A DNA stretch of 63,932 bases, the filler included, from Octopus bimaculoides (taxonomy: Eukaryota), in the NCBI RefSeq assembly GCF_001194135.2. It is 4 parts of 4 records of this genome, joined end to end, with 100 filler letters (N's around TTAATTAATTAA, not from the genome) between each part and the next. Parts side by side here need not be neighbours in the genome. Positions count along the whole stretch, not along the records: positions 29,464 to 51,305 come from NC_068987.1; 3 more parts are not named here. One strand, given 5' to 3'. Positions 38,463 to 51,060 of this stretch are shown one piece after another (positions within the stretch are counted from its first letter, which is position 1; the number at the start of each line of letters is the position of its first letter). A program made the translations under genes and the position numbers. Below the pieces are notes generated by a model. It did not search any database. It was given only the letters and a program-made list of their open reading frames with translations, and was not told where the DNA came from.

Positions 38463-39110
38463 TTTAATTGATTGAAAATTTCGTGAAGGAAGTGTACATT
38501 TTATTATGCATAGCACCAGATCAACCATGACAAAAACAGACAAATTATTGTTACTAACTTGTCAGTTCATTGAGATAATGTAATCAGATTTAGGTTATCC
38601 GGAGGATAGTTAAAATGGTAGTAACGCCGGTTCATACGGAACAGCAATGTTGAAGTGGCGATAAACATTACCTCTCTGTATAGTTACTGCTTTCATCTCT
38701 TATAGAAATTTTCTAACTAGCTAATTTGCTTGTTACAAGACCAGTGACTAGTTGTCACTTATTTTCTATATATTGCGAGCTAGAGTGAACTATGACTATC
38801 TCTAGCGGACGAGTATCCACCACCGAGGATGACCACAAAGAGGTCGAAACCATATGATGTAGTGGTCTCGTGACTGAAAGATGGTCGGAGTTCGCTCCAC
38901 TGCTTGCAATATATATCGGGTGCAGATTGCATCGAATAACCAGCTGGAGGAGGCGTCCTCCTGGGGTTAAAATGTTAGTAACGTCGGTTCCCACGGACCT
39001 GCCATGCTAAAGTGGCGATAAACCTTACTTCTTAGTATAGTTACTGCTTTCATTTCTTATAGAGATTTTTCTAACCAATCTAGATCTAATTATATTAAAA
39101 AATCGTATGC

Positions 39111-39460
39111 CAGTCTGCTCCACCGGAAGAATAGTCACGACCGCCTGTTCCGCCCGAAGAATCATCGCCCCACTCTGCTACACACGAAGAATGGACGCCT
39201 AGCTTCCTCCACCAGAAGAACCATCACTCAAGTCTGCTGCAATAGAATTATCACTACCCCATATTGCACCATCTGTAGAACAATCAGCCCAGCCTGCTCC
39301 ACCAGAAGATACATCACCCCACCTTATACTACCTGAAGAATCGTCGCCTTAGTCTGCTCCATCAGAAGAATCTTCACACCAACCTGCTCTGTCTAATGAG
39401 CTGCCCCACAGATTGTTATCCTATTATGCTCTTCCTAAAGAATCGCCTCCCCAGCCCTCA
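39111..39460 (+). repeat. Degenerate ~30-bp minisatellite (consensus CAGTCTGCTCCACCAGAAGAATCATCACCC), about 11 units
   Basis: Recurrent ctgctccaccagaagaatc every ~30 nt. Confidence 0.8.
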
Positions 39461-40257
39461 ACAATTTAGGATAATATACATCTATTTCTTTATAACTATC
39501 TACCTTTATTGTGAATGTTTTAAAAGAAACAAAAAAAAGCAATATTACACTCCCTATTTTAAAATTAATTGAAGCTACAATAAATATGTTTGTATGCTAC
39601 TTGAATTATACTCGAGACGTTGTTGCCGTTGTTGTTGTCGTCATCATGATGGTCGTCATCGTTGTTATAGTTGTTAAACCTCGAATCAGCTCTAAATGCA
39701 CAGACCTATGACCAAAGGCATTTTAATCATGACCATTTCGTCTTCTGTATCAGGTTTACAATCCAAATATATTCTTATTGATGATGATTAAGTGTGGTCC
39801 GAGGAAGATTGATCTATTATCTATAGCATTGATTGATGGCAGTATGTTACTGTAATGTATCGATGTTCTGTCTTCCCCCTAAACCGCCCCACATGAAAAA
39901 TTATCACCCCTATGTGTTGTCACTTGAAGGTTCATCACTCCTATCTCCAGAATTTTCCACCCGAAGAATTGTCATCAGACCAAAATCTGGAGTGACAACT
40001 CTCCAGGCTGTCCGACAATCCAATGTGTCCTTCCTCTTTAATACATGTAAGATGTGATTTCATGAAGATTTGGTTGTTATTTCTAGCGGAAGAAACGACT
40101 GCATGGAACCTTGTAACCCAGCTTTGATCGAGAAAAACCTATGAACTTGTGATCAAATTAAATCATGACCATCTCATCGATTTTTAAGTTCAAATATAGA
40201 CTACATTACTCAATGTAGAATATGATTTAAGAACATTTTTGTTGCTACTTCTTGTAG

Positions 40258-40407
40258 GTCAAGCAACCATTCAAAGTTATTTCGACGACAATTCCTGGCA
40301 AGCAACTTTAGTCTCTACCATCTTCCTACCATGCTACTCAGAGCTTCTGAACGTAGCCGGTAATGCCCACAAGGGAGCGCTGGACATATCGGAGGCTTTA
40401 GAGAGCG
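40258..40407 (+). CDS. Candidate internal exon of an unidentified host gene (150 nt, phase 1-1)
   Basis: Pyrimidine tract ttttgttgctacttcttgtAG, donor G|GTGAGT, single open frame GQATIQSYFDDNSWQATLVSTIFLPCYSELLNVAGNAHKGALDISEALES; GC higher than flanks. Confidence 0.45.
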
Positions 40408-40559
40408 GTGAGTCGGGCGTGTGGTAACATAATTAACATACTAAATTTTACCAACTGAAGTAATTATATAATACATGATAAGACTACTAATGGTTGTTAA
40501 AATAAAATGAAATCTCGTCAGACACAGGGAAGTGATTTTGAAATGAATAAAATAAATTA

Positions 40560-40766
40560 GGGTGGCAAGCTGGCAGAATTATTTGCACGCCGGGTAAAAT
40601 GCATAGCGGCATTTCGTTCGTCTACGTTCCGAGTTCAAATGCCGCCGATGCCGACTTTGCCTTTTAACCTTTTCAGAGTCGATAAAATAGGTACTAGATG
40701 AGTATTGTGATTGGTGTAATCGAGGTACCTCGAACTTGCTGGCCGTGTGCAAAAAATTTGGAACCA
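40560..40766 (+). mobile_element. tRNA-derived SINE, family B
   Basis: ggtggcaagctggcagaa...gagttcaaatgccgccga...gtcgataaaataggtac. Confidence 0.8.
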
Positions 40767-41196
40767 ATGTATAAAGTAAATTTACAACATTCGTCTTTAT
40801 TAATTTTTTATCTTGCCAAATAAACACATACACAATTTGTTTTTCTAAATGACCGTCCCCCGAAATATGACAATATCTGTTTCAACACACGATTTTACAG
40901 CAGGAATCTTGCAAAACAAATTCATAAACGTAATTTTTTATCATTTCACTGTTAAAAGCTTATACAAGCCATTTTTAGAGTAAAGTTTATAAATTATCAT
41001 CCACGTTAAGCTAGTTTAGTCGTGGTACCTCACTCACCACTGAGGTGGGCGCTTGGCATAACAACTACTTAAAAGGTCGGTGTTACAGAAAAAAAAAGGT
41101 TAAGCACCACTGGTGTTCCTCTTCTAATGCACAATTTTTTAACCCCCAAGTCAACTCTGACCAAAAACGGTCCGCTTTTGGCCATCTCATCTTATA

Positions 41197-41412
41197 TTGG
41201 TTTCAAATTTTGGTACAAGGCCAGCAATTTCAGGAGAGGAGTTAAGTCGATTATATCGACCCCAGTGCTTAACTGGTACTTATTTCATCGACCCCGAAAA
41301 GATGAAAGGCAAAGTCGACCTCGGAGGAATTTGAACTCAGAACGTAAGCACGCACGAAATGTCGCTAAGCATTTTACCCTGCTTGCCAACGATTCTACGA
41401 ACTGGCTGCCTT
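41197..41412 (-). mobile_element. tRNA-derived SINE, family B
   Basis: Reverse complement of the family consensus seen at 54108. Confidence 0.85.
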
Positions 41413-41954
41413 AAAGATGAGGCGGGTGAGATTGTGCCACTGGTTGCAAGTTCTACGCCCAGTGTTTGACGTTAAGAATGAAGTAACCATGGCTAAGCTC
41501 GCACTCGATCCCATCTTACATTGAAGCAAGTATTAAACTAGGATCTTGTTCTTTTCTTCCAGCCACTTGGAAGATTGTTTAATTCTCAATGAATTGTTTT
41601 CAAATTTTCCACACAGATGTAATTTTGTACGCTGATGAGACGAATATTACATTTTTTTTCGTCATCAGCATACAAAACTATATCAAAAGTACAATTTTAG
41701 AAAATTTTCAGATTAAGATTTATGGTTGGAAGAAAATGAAAAAGATTCTTAAACTATCCCATGAATCCTTGTTTTATCTTTTAAAACGCTTGAATGAGAT
41801 CTGCAGCATATTTGGCTGTTATTTCTAGCAGCAGAGTGAGCAATTCGTAAAGACTCTCGATAATCAAATACGTACCGGCGTCTCCTTGATAGGTTGTCGA
41901 TTCGGTTTGCCTTGTGTTACCAACAGGAATGCAACCCACCAGGAGCCTATATGT

Positions 41955-42278
41955 CAGTGGTCGGGGAACTTTTTTTAACCAATTACCCCAAAATATATTT
42001 ATTTACGCCAACGTTACCCCCTTGATTTGAAAGGAAGAAAATCATAGATTCTTTGAATTTAAAAGGTTTATTGAATCTATTTATATGAATCTATTTACAC
42101 GTCATTTACATTGGACAGATGCAGTGTTGCCAGAAGAAGACTTTCTGTCGTTACAAGGAACACGTTTTTTCTTTTTTATATATATATAACTTTACTTACG
42201 CCTAATGAGTCCTCATTACTCTCAAGAATTTCAATTTTACCTTACTTGGGGTAATCTACCCCGGTTCTCCGACCCTTG
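41955..42278. mobile_element. hAT-type MITE
   Basis: TIRs CAGTGGTCGGGGAAC / GTTCTCCGACCCTTG; imperfect 8-bp TSD CTATATGT / ATCTATGT. Confidence 0.7.
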
Positions 42279-42469
42279 ATCTATGTAATCACTCAAGCCA
42301 GTATAAATAGTTGCAGGACTTCCTGCAAATAAAGCCTTCGCCGTCTGAAAATAAAGGATGAAATGTTGGTTAATGAAGTCCTAGACACAGCTTTTAAAAA
42401 CAACGAAAGATGGTTGTGGTTTCAATGGATCTGATCATAGGTCTGCTCAGTCAAAGTTTATCAAGTGCT

Positions 42470-42762
42470 AAACAACAACAATAACAATAAGAATCAAACA
42501 ACAACAACAACAACAGTAGCAGCAGCAGCAACATCAACAAGAACAGCTGCAACAACCACAACAATAACAACAACAAAAGATTATCAATTCGGCAAGGAAA
42601 CAAGAACGACAACAATAACATTAATAAGCTAATCAATTAAGCAACAGAAACAACATTAACAGCAGCAACACGACTGTCATAGTACAATAGCTATGGTAAC
42701 AAACGCAGTGAGGTGGGTGACAAAACAGTTGTACGAAAATAACATTAGTAACCTTAGTGACA

Positions 42763-42793
<31 letters not shown>

Positions 42794-42810
42794 AAGCTAG
42801 CTACCATGAC
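42470..42810 (+). repeat. Degenerate (CAA/CAG)n low-complexity tract
   Basis: Direct read. Confidence 0.85.
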
Positions 42811-43366
42811 AGCAACAATAATAATAACAAATCAGAAACAAACAGATTGTACAGAAAGAACACGGAGCATCAGACGTTGTTAGCACCATGGAGACAGAGA
42901 GATATCTGGCTTGCTAACAGACGAGGTATACAAATATTAACAATATATATATATATATATGGTTGCATACTAAATACTTTCCAGTTGGTGGAGGAGGATC
43001 ACTGTCCTGCATTTGAAATACAGATACAGCAATGGTTTATACATGTAATATAGTGAGTTGAAAAAAATAAAAAGAAGAAACATTCGATTGTCTGAGTTTG
43101 TCTCAAGTAATTAGTTAAATTTAAACTTCTTCTAGAGCTGTTCAAAATCTCGAAATGACCAGTTAAAGAAAATAACTCCAATAAGGTTCGTTGATCGAAA
43201 CTTTTTTTTTTTTTGCTTGGAGAAGTACTGGTCTTTAAAGGCAACTGGTGAAAAGGACGGGCATATCCTGGTATTTTATTACCCCCTTAGCGAAGCATAT
43301 TCTATTCAAGCCGTTGACTAAGAGTAATGTGTGTGTGCGTGTATGTATGTGTGTGTGTGTGCGCGC

Positions 43367-43424
<58 letters not shown>

Positions 43425-43697
43425 ATGTGTGTGTATGTGCGTTCTTGTAGTGCTATCTCGAGTGAAACAGCGCAACAGTCAACCAGGCTTGCCAAACGTA
43501 TTTTGATGAAAGTACCAAATTTACCAAAATAAAAGTACCAGATTTTGCTCAAAAAGTACCAAAATTTAAATTTGTAATATTTTGCCTATAAATCAACTGA
43601 AATGCATGGTATACATTATTTATCATATACAGGGCTTTATCTTAAAGTGATCTACACATATTTAATATACTTACTTTATAATTAGAAGGTTGCATCG

Positions 43698-46194
43698 TTA
43701 ACGGGGTCCTTGTCCTTTTAATTTAGCACAAATCTCTGCATTGGGTGTAAAAGTTGTGCAGTTTACATCATGAAGAGGACTTTGTGATGAATGTAGCAGC
43801 GCATTGATTGTTTGGGTATGCAGTTTAGATCTATTCTTGACTTTAATGTTATTTAGGACTGAAAATATTCTCTCGACAGCAGCTGAAGAATGTGGCAATG
43901 ATAGGAGTTGAAACATAAAGCACCATAGGACCAGATAACGAGCTTCATCTCCATATTTTTCCTTTGAAATTTTATACCAATAATCTTCTGGTTTAGTAGC
44001 TTCAGTTATGTTATTGTTATCTTGAAGTTTAATCTCTCTTCATTCTTTATTAAGAGCTTCAATCTGACTCTCCTGCACAATATTTGGAAATTTGCATGCC
44101 AGAAGAACAACTGAACTTGGACCATTGTAATTGCGAATATACTAACTGGGTCCTGTGCCTCTAGAAGCTTCAGATTATGGAAGGAATCATGTGCAAAGAA
44201 GCGCTGAAAAAATTCCTTCCCAAGGCGCACATAAAAATTTAATGTTTTTACATGAGATTGTTTCAATTCAGGTGTACTAATAAATGAAACTTTTTTTTAT
44301 GTAGATGCTTTCAACTTTTGCAACTCTGTAAATTTCAGTTATGGGAAAATACACTGATGGATCATTGATGTTAATTTCATGTAGCTCTTTATATTTCACA
44401 ATTTATTTTTTAACAGAATTACCAAGTATTCCCTTAACAGGACATGTAATAGATTTGTGCAGTTTGTGCATTCTGTAGCTTTCTGATTGAAAATTTAAGT
44501 TCAAATTAATAATAATATCTGGCAAAATATATGCTAAAAATGCATAATACATCTCTGTGATTGGATTTGTTAATGAGTTCAGTACATTTGAAGCTGCACC
44601 GTTGTTATCTTCAATAGCAGCAATAGTAAAGAATAACACTAGAACAGACCACTGTTCTAGTATTCTTTTGACAACATGTTCTAAAGATAGCCACCTTGTA
44701 CAACTTACATGTAATAATTAGAGGATTTGTTTGAGTAAATGCCTGAAATTCTTCATATTCCTGCAGTCTCTTTGGGCTATTTGAGAGGAATGAATATATG
44801 CTTCTAGCAAGTTCTTCTAAATATGGAGGTAATTCTGAACATGCCTTTGATGCACAGTTATGCATAGAATAACAAACACAACCCTGAATAATAAAGAGAG
44901 AGGGAATTTTGTTTTTCAGCAATGCCTGCACACCGCCCTTCTGTCCCATCATTACACTAGCATTGTCACTGGCAAATCCTATCAAATTTTCAAAAGGAAT
45001 ATCATGTAAAGTGAAGAATCTTTCAATAGAGGGAAAAAATCCCATTAGAAGAGCAATCCTTGGCTTCCAAAAGAATTAAATAACTATAAATAATTTTTTG
45101 AGTGCTACAATCATAAAATCTAGCTAACAGAACAAGCTGTCTTTTCGTACTTACATCAGTAGTTTCATCAACAATTGATGAAAACTTGCACTCTTTGAAA
45201 TGTTTAATGAGATTTTCAAAGTAATATGGGCCTAAAACATTTTTATATATTCGAGTAGCTTTGGTTCTTGCACATTCAATATCTTTAGCTATTTTGGAAT
45301 CAGGACATGCATTCTGAATTAGCCCAAGTAAATGATTCATAAGTCTCACTAGTAAATTATGTTCTGCAATGAAGGAACAAAACTTAAGCTCCGCAGCTGC
45401 TACGCTTGCAATATGAACAGAAGAAGTTGTAGGCTGCCAGAAGTCAGTCGGTTTTCCACTTATTTTCTGAATTAACATTTTTGATATGTTTATCCGTTTT
45501 TCCGTGCCTCTCCAGATGAGTTACACTGTCTTGAATTTCACAACGACAAAATTTGCAGTATACTCTTTCGATATTTGTTTTACTTGGTTCTAACCATGAT
45601 GAAAATCGAGAATCCAATAAAAGTTTGTTTGATAATTTATGATTATATTGTTTATTTCTTTTCTTTGGCGGAGTTAAACCTAAGTCAGTTTCATCACTGC
45701 TTTTATCTTTCGTATTCTTGCTCATCGTTGTTGTTGTTGGCACTCCGTCGCTTACGACGACGAGGGTTCCAGTTGATCCGATCAATGGAACAGCCTGCTC
45801 GTGAAATTAACGTGCAAGTGGTCGAGTACTCCACAGACACGTGTACCCCTAACGTAGTTCTCGGGGATATTCAGCGTGACACAGTGTGACAAGGCTGATC
45901 CTTTGAATTACAGGCACAACAGAAACAGGAAGTAAGAGTGAGAGAAAGTTGTGGTGAAAGAGTACAGCAGGATTCGCCACCATCCCCTGTCGGAGCCTCG
46001 NNNNNNNNNNAGGAAGTAAGAGTGAGAGAAAGTTGTGGTGAAAGAGTACAGCAGGATTCGCCACCATCCCCTGTCGGAGCCTCGTGGAGCTTTAGGTGTT
46101 TTCGCTCAATAAACACTCACAACGCCCGGTCTGGGAATCGAAACCGCGATCCTATGACCGCGAGTCCGCTGCCCTAACCACTCTTGCTCGTCAT
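43698..46194 (-). pseudogene. hAT transposase with BED-like zinc finger, frameshifted
   Basis: VYCKFCRCEI...HLERHGKTDKH; FSSIVDETTDVS; IGFASDNASVMMG; LSLPHSSAAVERIFS. Confidence 0.9.
45727..46181 (-). mobile_element. 5'-truncated SINE, family A, with 11-bp TSD
   Basis: TSD tcttgctcatc (45716-45726) / tcttgctcgtc (46182-46192); (CAA)n tail. Confidence 0.9.
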
Positions 46195-47083
46195 GAGGGT
46201 TATAAATCACTCGTAATTGATAAAAGTTTAACGAGATAGAAAGGAAGCACTTGTAACTTATGTATAAAACATGCTACTGACTGGCATTAGAGGCAGCAAC
46301 CCGGTGATATTGGATGGTACGCGCGATACACGTATGTACCAACTAGCTACCAATTAGATATAAACTGCCTCCTTATAAAATGTCGCAAAATATATTTTGA
46401 TATAAAATAGCTAGTCCAGTTGTAATGTAATGTATTTATTGTTACATCGTTCGCTTACATATGCTGCAAACATATTTTTTTTTTTACATAAAGCGAAAAG
46501 ATTTGAAAAAAGTATTAAATTATTGCAGCGTAGTACCAAAAGTATTACCGCACACTTAAAGTACAAAATTTGGTACAATAGTACCAGGTTCGGCAAGCTT
46601 GCAGTCAATCAATGTTTAGAACTCCATGTTCATCCCTGTAATTACAATTTCCTGTCAATTTCAACCAAGTACTGAACGTTATTTGCTCACCGACTCTCCT
46701 TTAGTATTACGTACATTTAAATAATTTACAGAGTGTATATCCGAAATTAGAACAACGCTGGAGAATTAGTTTTAAAATGTTTTCTACAACAGCAGGAATT
46801 TCCTAATCTTACAATAACGACCGTTATAGATCTGGTCCAGAGAACCAGATCTACCTGAACATGTTGTATGACATAACCTACCAATTATCTCGTATTACTT
46901 GAAAGCAGTGCAAAAATGAGTAACGCTACGATGGACTGGCGTCCCGTCCAGCTGGGGAACACATACGCCATAGAAACCGGGAAACCGGGCCCATGAGTCT
47001 GGCTAGGCTTTGAAAGGGCGACGTTTATCGTTTATGTCAAAAAGCGTTTTTCAAGTAGATCTCGCGCTCTTGAACCTATACAG

Positions 47084-47351
47084 GTTGTCACTAAGAAAGC
47101 TAAGAGATCCAAGGCGATGAAGGAGGTCTGAGATAGTGAGACATATAATTGGCAAGATCAGAAAAATTATCCAACTTAGGTAAGTGATACAGATTCGTTT
47201 CCGGCTAACCTTTTAATGCTTTTAATGCTTGCTTGCTAGCGATAAATGTTAACATTAACTTAACTGTTGTTTTTCTTGCAGATGGTGTCCCTCAGTCATT
47301 AACTCTCAAATTTGTTATGTCAACTAGTGTTGTTGGCTAGTACGTTAAAAG
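47084..47351 (+). other. Candidate spliced non-coding exon pair (47084-47179, 47282-47351) around a 102-nt GT-AG intron
   Basis: AG|GTAAGT donor, ttaac branch-like motif, ttgtttttcttgCAG acceptor, second donor AG|GTATGC; stops in all frames. Confidence 0.35.
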
Positions 47352-48197
47352 GTATGCTTTGCTGATGAAATTAGAATAATACTGAAACATGTCTAGCGTT
47401 ATCTCCCATACTTGCTGAAATAATTAAAATAATATTAATAATCTTATTTCTTTCTCTCTGCGCAATTATTTCTAATCAGGTTTTTAATGCTCATTAAATA
47501 TCTTAACACTAATTAACTAGCTATGTATTTGCGTAGTTTTCTATAGAAAAAAAACCAGCTAAGAGTCTTATGTGAAAGCATGTATGGGAGAGAAAGGAGG
47601 GAGAGAGAGTGGGGAGAGCGAGAGAGATGGGTCGATAGAGTGGGGGAAGGAGAGGTGAAAGGGAGAGCGAGGGAGAGAGGGTAGGAGGAGAGAGAGGAAG
47701 GTAGGTTGAAAGGCAAAGAGAAAAAGAAAGTATGTGTGTGAGCATGGTTGATGCGTGTTTGTGTTTGTGTCTGTTTGTATGTGTGCGTGTGCGTATATGT
47801 TTGTGCATGAGTATGTTTCAGAGAGTAAGTGCAGGAATTTCTCTTTACTAAGAATTAAAATCCCATCCATGGGAGAAAAAAGTCGGTCGCTAAACCAATA
47901 ACGGCTTTTCTAAGACATTTTTTTTACACCATAACAGAAACAAAATGTCCTCAAACGGAAATAAAATCCAGGTCGTTAACTTGACCAGGTGAAAAGGTTG
48001 TCCCTTAATCTATAGATCTTAAGCTCTACAAGCACACTGTTAGATTTCGGCAAATTTCACTAGTTTAACAACACACCTGTGTGCATCAAGGCACATTTTT
48101 TCTTTCTAACTATCATTCTACCTATCTTCCTTTCTATACTTGTAATCATTGGATATTTACCTATCCATCTATATGTCATGTATTTATTTAACAAGCA

Positions 48198-49316
48198 TCT
48201 GTCTATCTACCTGTTTGTCTACCTGTCTGTCTACCTGTTTGTCTACCTGTCTGTCTACCTGTCTGTCTATTTGTCTATCTACCTGTTTGTCTACCTGTCT
48301 ATCTACCTGTTTGTCTACCTGTCTGTCTACCTGTTTGTCTATCTGTCTATCTACCTGTTTGTCTACTGTCTATCTACCTGTTTGTCTACCTGTCTATCCA
48401 CCTGTTTGTCTACCTGTCTGTCTACCTGTTTGTCTACCTGTCTGTCTATCTGTCTGTCTACCTGTCTGTCTATCTGTCTATCTACCTGTTTGTCTATCTG
48501 TCTGTCTACCTGTCTGTCTATCTGTCTATCTACCTGTTTGTCTACCTGTCTGTCTACCTGTTTGTCTACCTGTCTGTCTACCTGCTTGTCTACCTGTCTG
48601 TCTACCTGTTTGTCTACCTGTCTGTCTACCTGTTTGTCTACCTGTCTGTCTATCTANNNNNNNNNNNNNNNNNNNNNNNNNNNNNNNNNNNNNNNNNNNN
48701 NNNNNNNNNNNNNNNNNNNNNNNNNNNNNNNNNNNNNNNNNNNNNNNNNNNNNNNNNNNNNNNNNNNNNNNNNNNNNNNNNNNNNNNNNNNNNNNNNNNN
48801 NNNNNNNNNNNNNNNNNNNNNNNNNNNNNNNNNNNNNNNNNNNNNNNNNNNNNNNNNNNNNNNNNNNNNNNNNNNNNNNNNNNNNNNNNNNNNNNNNNNN
48901 NNNNNNNNNNNNNNNNNNNNNNNNNNNNNNNNNNNNNNNNNNNNNNNNNNNNNNNNNNNNNNNNNNNNNNNNNNNNNNNNNNNNNNNNNNNNNNNNNNNN
49001 NNNNNNNNNNNNNNNNNNNNNNNNNNNNNNNNNNNNNNNNNNNNNNNNNNNNNNNNNNNNNNNNNNNNNNNNNNNNNNNNNNNNNNNNNNNNNNNNNNNN
49101 NNNNNNNNNNNNNNNNNNNNNNNNNNNNNNNNNNNNNNNNNNNNNCATCTGTCTATCTACCTGTTTGTCTACCTGTCTGTCTACCTGTTTGTCTACCTGT
49201 CTGTCTACCTGCTTGTCTACCTGTCTGTCTACCTGTTTGTCTACCTGTCTGTCTACCTGTTTGTCTACCTGTCTGTCTATCTACCTGCTTGTCTACCTGT
49301 CTGTCTACCTGTTTGT
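48198..49316 (+). repeat. Complex satellite of 12-bp units GTCTACCTGT(C/T)T built from TCTA/CCTG/TCTG tetramers, spanning a gap
   Basis: Direct read. Confidence 0.95.
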
Positions 49317-50756
49317 CTCTTTATCTGACTCTACATTCAAGTTACTTATCAATACTTATCAATATTTCTAATTATATTCCCTTCTCCCTTCCTCCTTCCC
49401 TCGCTTTCTCTCCGTCCCCCCCTCTCCCCCTCTTCCTTTCGCTGCTTTATTTTTATTTTTATTTTTTCAACGTATTTTCTCCTTTTGTCCGCATTCTCCC
49501 CTAACATTGCTACGGCTATCAGAACATCGCCTCCATCCGTAACCACGGGATATCTCGAGCCAACAAAGGAAAAAGTCTCTATGTGGCCACACGATTGGCT
49601 GCTAGAAGTAGTAGTCAAATCCCACTCAAACCAATCCCTATAACTTAACAAAATGGATGAATACATTGGATTTGCCAGATAAGAAGGCTAGAAAGTCACG
49701 TCTTGGATGTCGTTAGAACGATAGAGATTCAACAAAAAATTTTTTTTAATGAAAAAATCGATCAGGGGAGTACGCGGTGAAAGAAATGTGCGAGTGTCAT
49801 CGCTCATTTCTGGAATGTAAAGCATACCGTTGGGTAACCAGGGTCTTCAGCGCAAGGGCAAAACAAAACAAAAAATTTGATGCCTCTAATTTAATTGAAT
49901 GACATGATCAGAGAAAACTATACCTCCTTTCAAGCATGCACCGGGGGTGGAGTAGACTACCCTTTCCTTCTCCACCGCTTCTAACATTTCTGAGAAAATA
50001 TACTCACTTAATAGAACTCACGCCAGCGAGGATAAAAAGCAATGTGAAATAAAGCTTCTAATTTTGACACAATGCCAGCAATTTTGCATCGACACCCAAC
50101 AAAAATTAAGTGTCATGTTTAAAATGGCGGGGAATGTAGTTTCTGTTAACTTCCTACAAAGTGACAATTACAGGGTGACTCAAAGTCGCAATGCAAAGAG
50201 AAGCTACGAAATGTTCTCATCTACAGTTTAATAAGTTGGTTGTGTGTACTCGAGCAGGCAAAGTATAATAGCTTGCACAGGTGAAATGTTAGGTGATTGT
50301 TTGGGCATAATTTCCAATCAGTAATTTAGGGCAGGCCGAATGGGGTTGCTTCGAAAACATCCGTACTTTGAAGCTTTCATTAAAACTGATAAGTCTCAGC
50401 CTGAATAGCACCGATGACATATATAAAAAGGTTCTTTAAACAAACTACTGATTGGTTCAGAAACTCCGTCATTCACAGTAATTAACTCCGGTTACTTCAT
50501 TCAGTATGCCTGCCGAGAGTACTTTGCTGACATTTATGTTATTTAAACAGGTAAAATTATGTGTGACCTGGTTTTGATAGCAAAACTCTGTGACTATTAC
50601 ACAAATACACAAGATTTTTAATTGTTTTTCACTTGGTCACAACGACCTTGTTAACACACATCAGTTGCTACACGCACACACTCACAAACACATACACACA
50701 CACACACATACACTCAAAGATATACACATTTTATTCTATATAAATGTATATGTTTC

Positions 50757-51060
50757 TGAAGGTGCAGTATGGTCAATTGGTTAAGAAATTCGTTTCGCAA
50801 CTATGAGATTCCGGGTTCAGTCCCACTGAAGTAGCATCTTAAGCAGATGTCATTTTCGATCGTCTCGGATCGACTATTACTTTGGGAGTGAATCTAGATT
50901 GACGAAAACTGTATGGATGCCCATAGGATGGATTGTATTTGCGATTTAATGATCCAGTTTTGTCACACACTGTGTCACATTGTTTCTCATTGAGAATCAC
51001 ATTAAGGGTACATGTGGCTGGGGAATACTAAGACGCATGCTAATTCAGTGAATAGTTAAT
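50757..51060 (+). mobile_element. Old degenerate SINE (family C-like head, family A-like 3' core)
   Basis: ggttcagtcccactg head; ttgtcacacactgtgtcac...ttaagggtacatgtg core. Confidence 0.5.

Larger units (their letters stand above)
43484..46601 (-). mobile_element. hAT (Tip100-like) DNA transposon, near full length, containing a SINE insertion
   Basis: TIRs CAGGCTTGCCAAAC / GTTCGGCAAGCTTG; TSD CAGTCAAC (43476-43483) / CAGTCAAT (46602-46609); repeated subterminal (A)AAGTACC-like motifs at both ends. Confidence 0.92.

Noticed and set aside
42451-43053. Poly-L/poly-N/poly-Q-like ORFs (also 23744-24119, 25391-25793, 56941-57210)
   Set aside because: These are translations of trinucleotide microsatellites.
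45941-46084. Apparent tandem duplication within the SINE around a 10-N gap (similar at 55862-55890 / 56047-56070)
   Set aside because: Identical overlapping contig ends flanking gaps indicate an assembly artefact.
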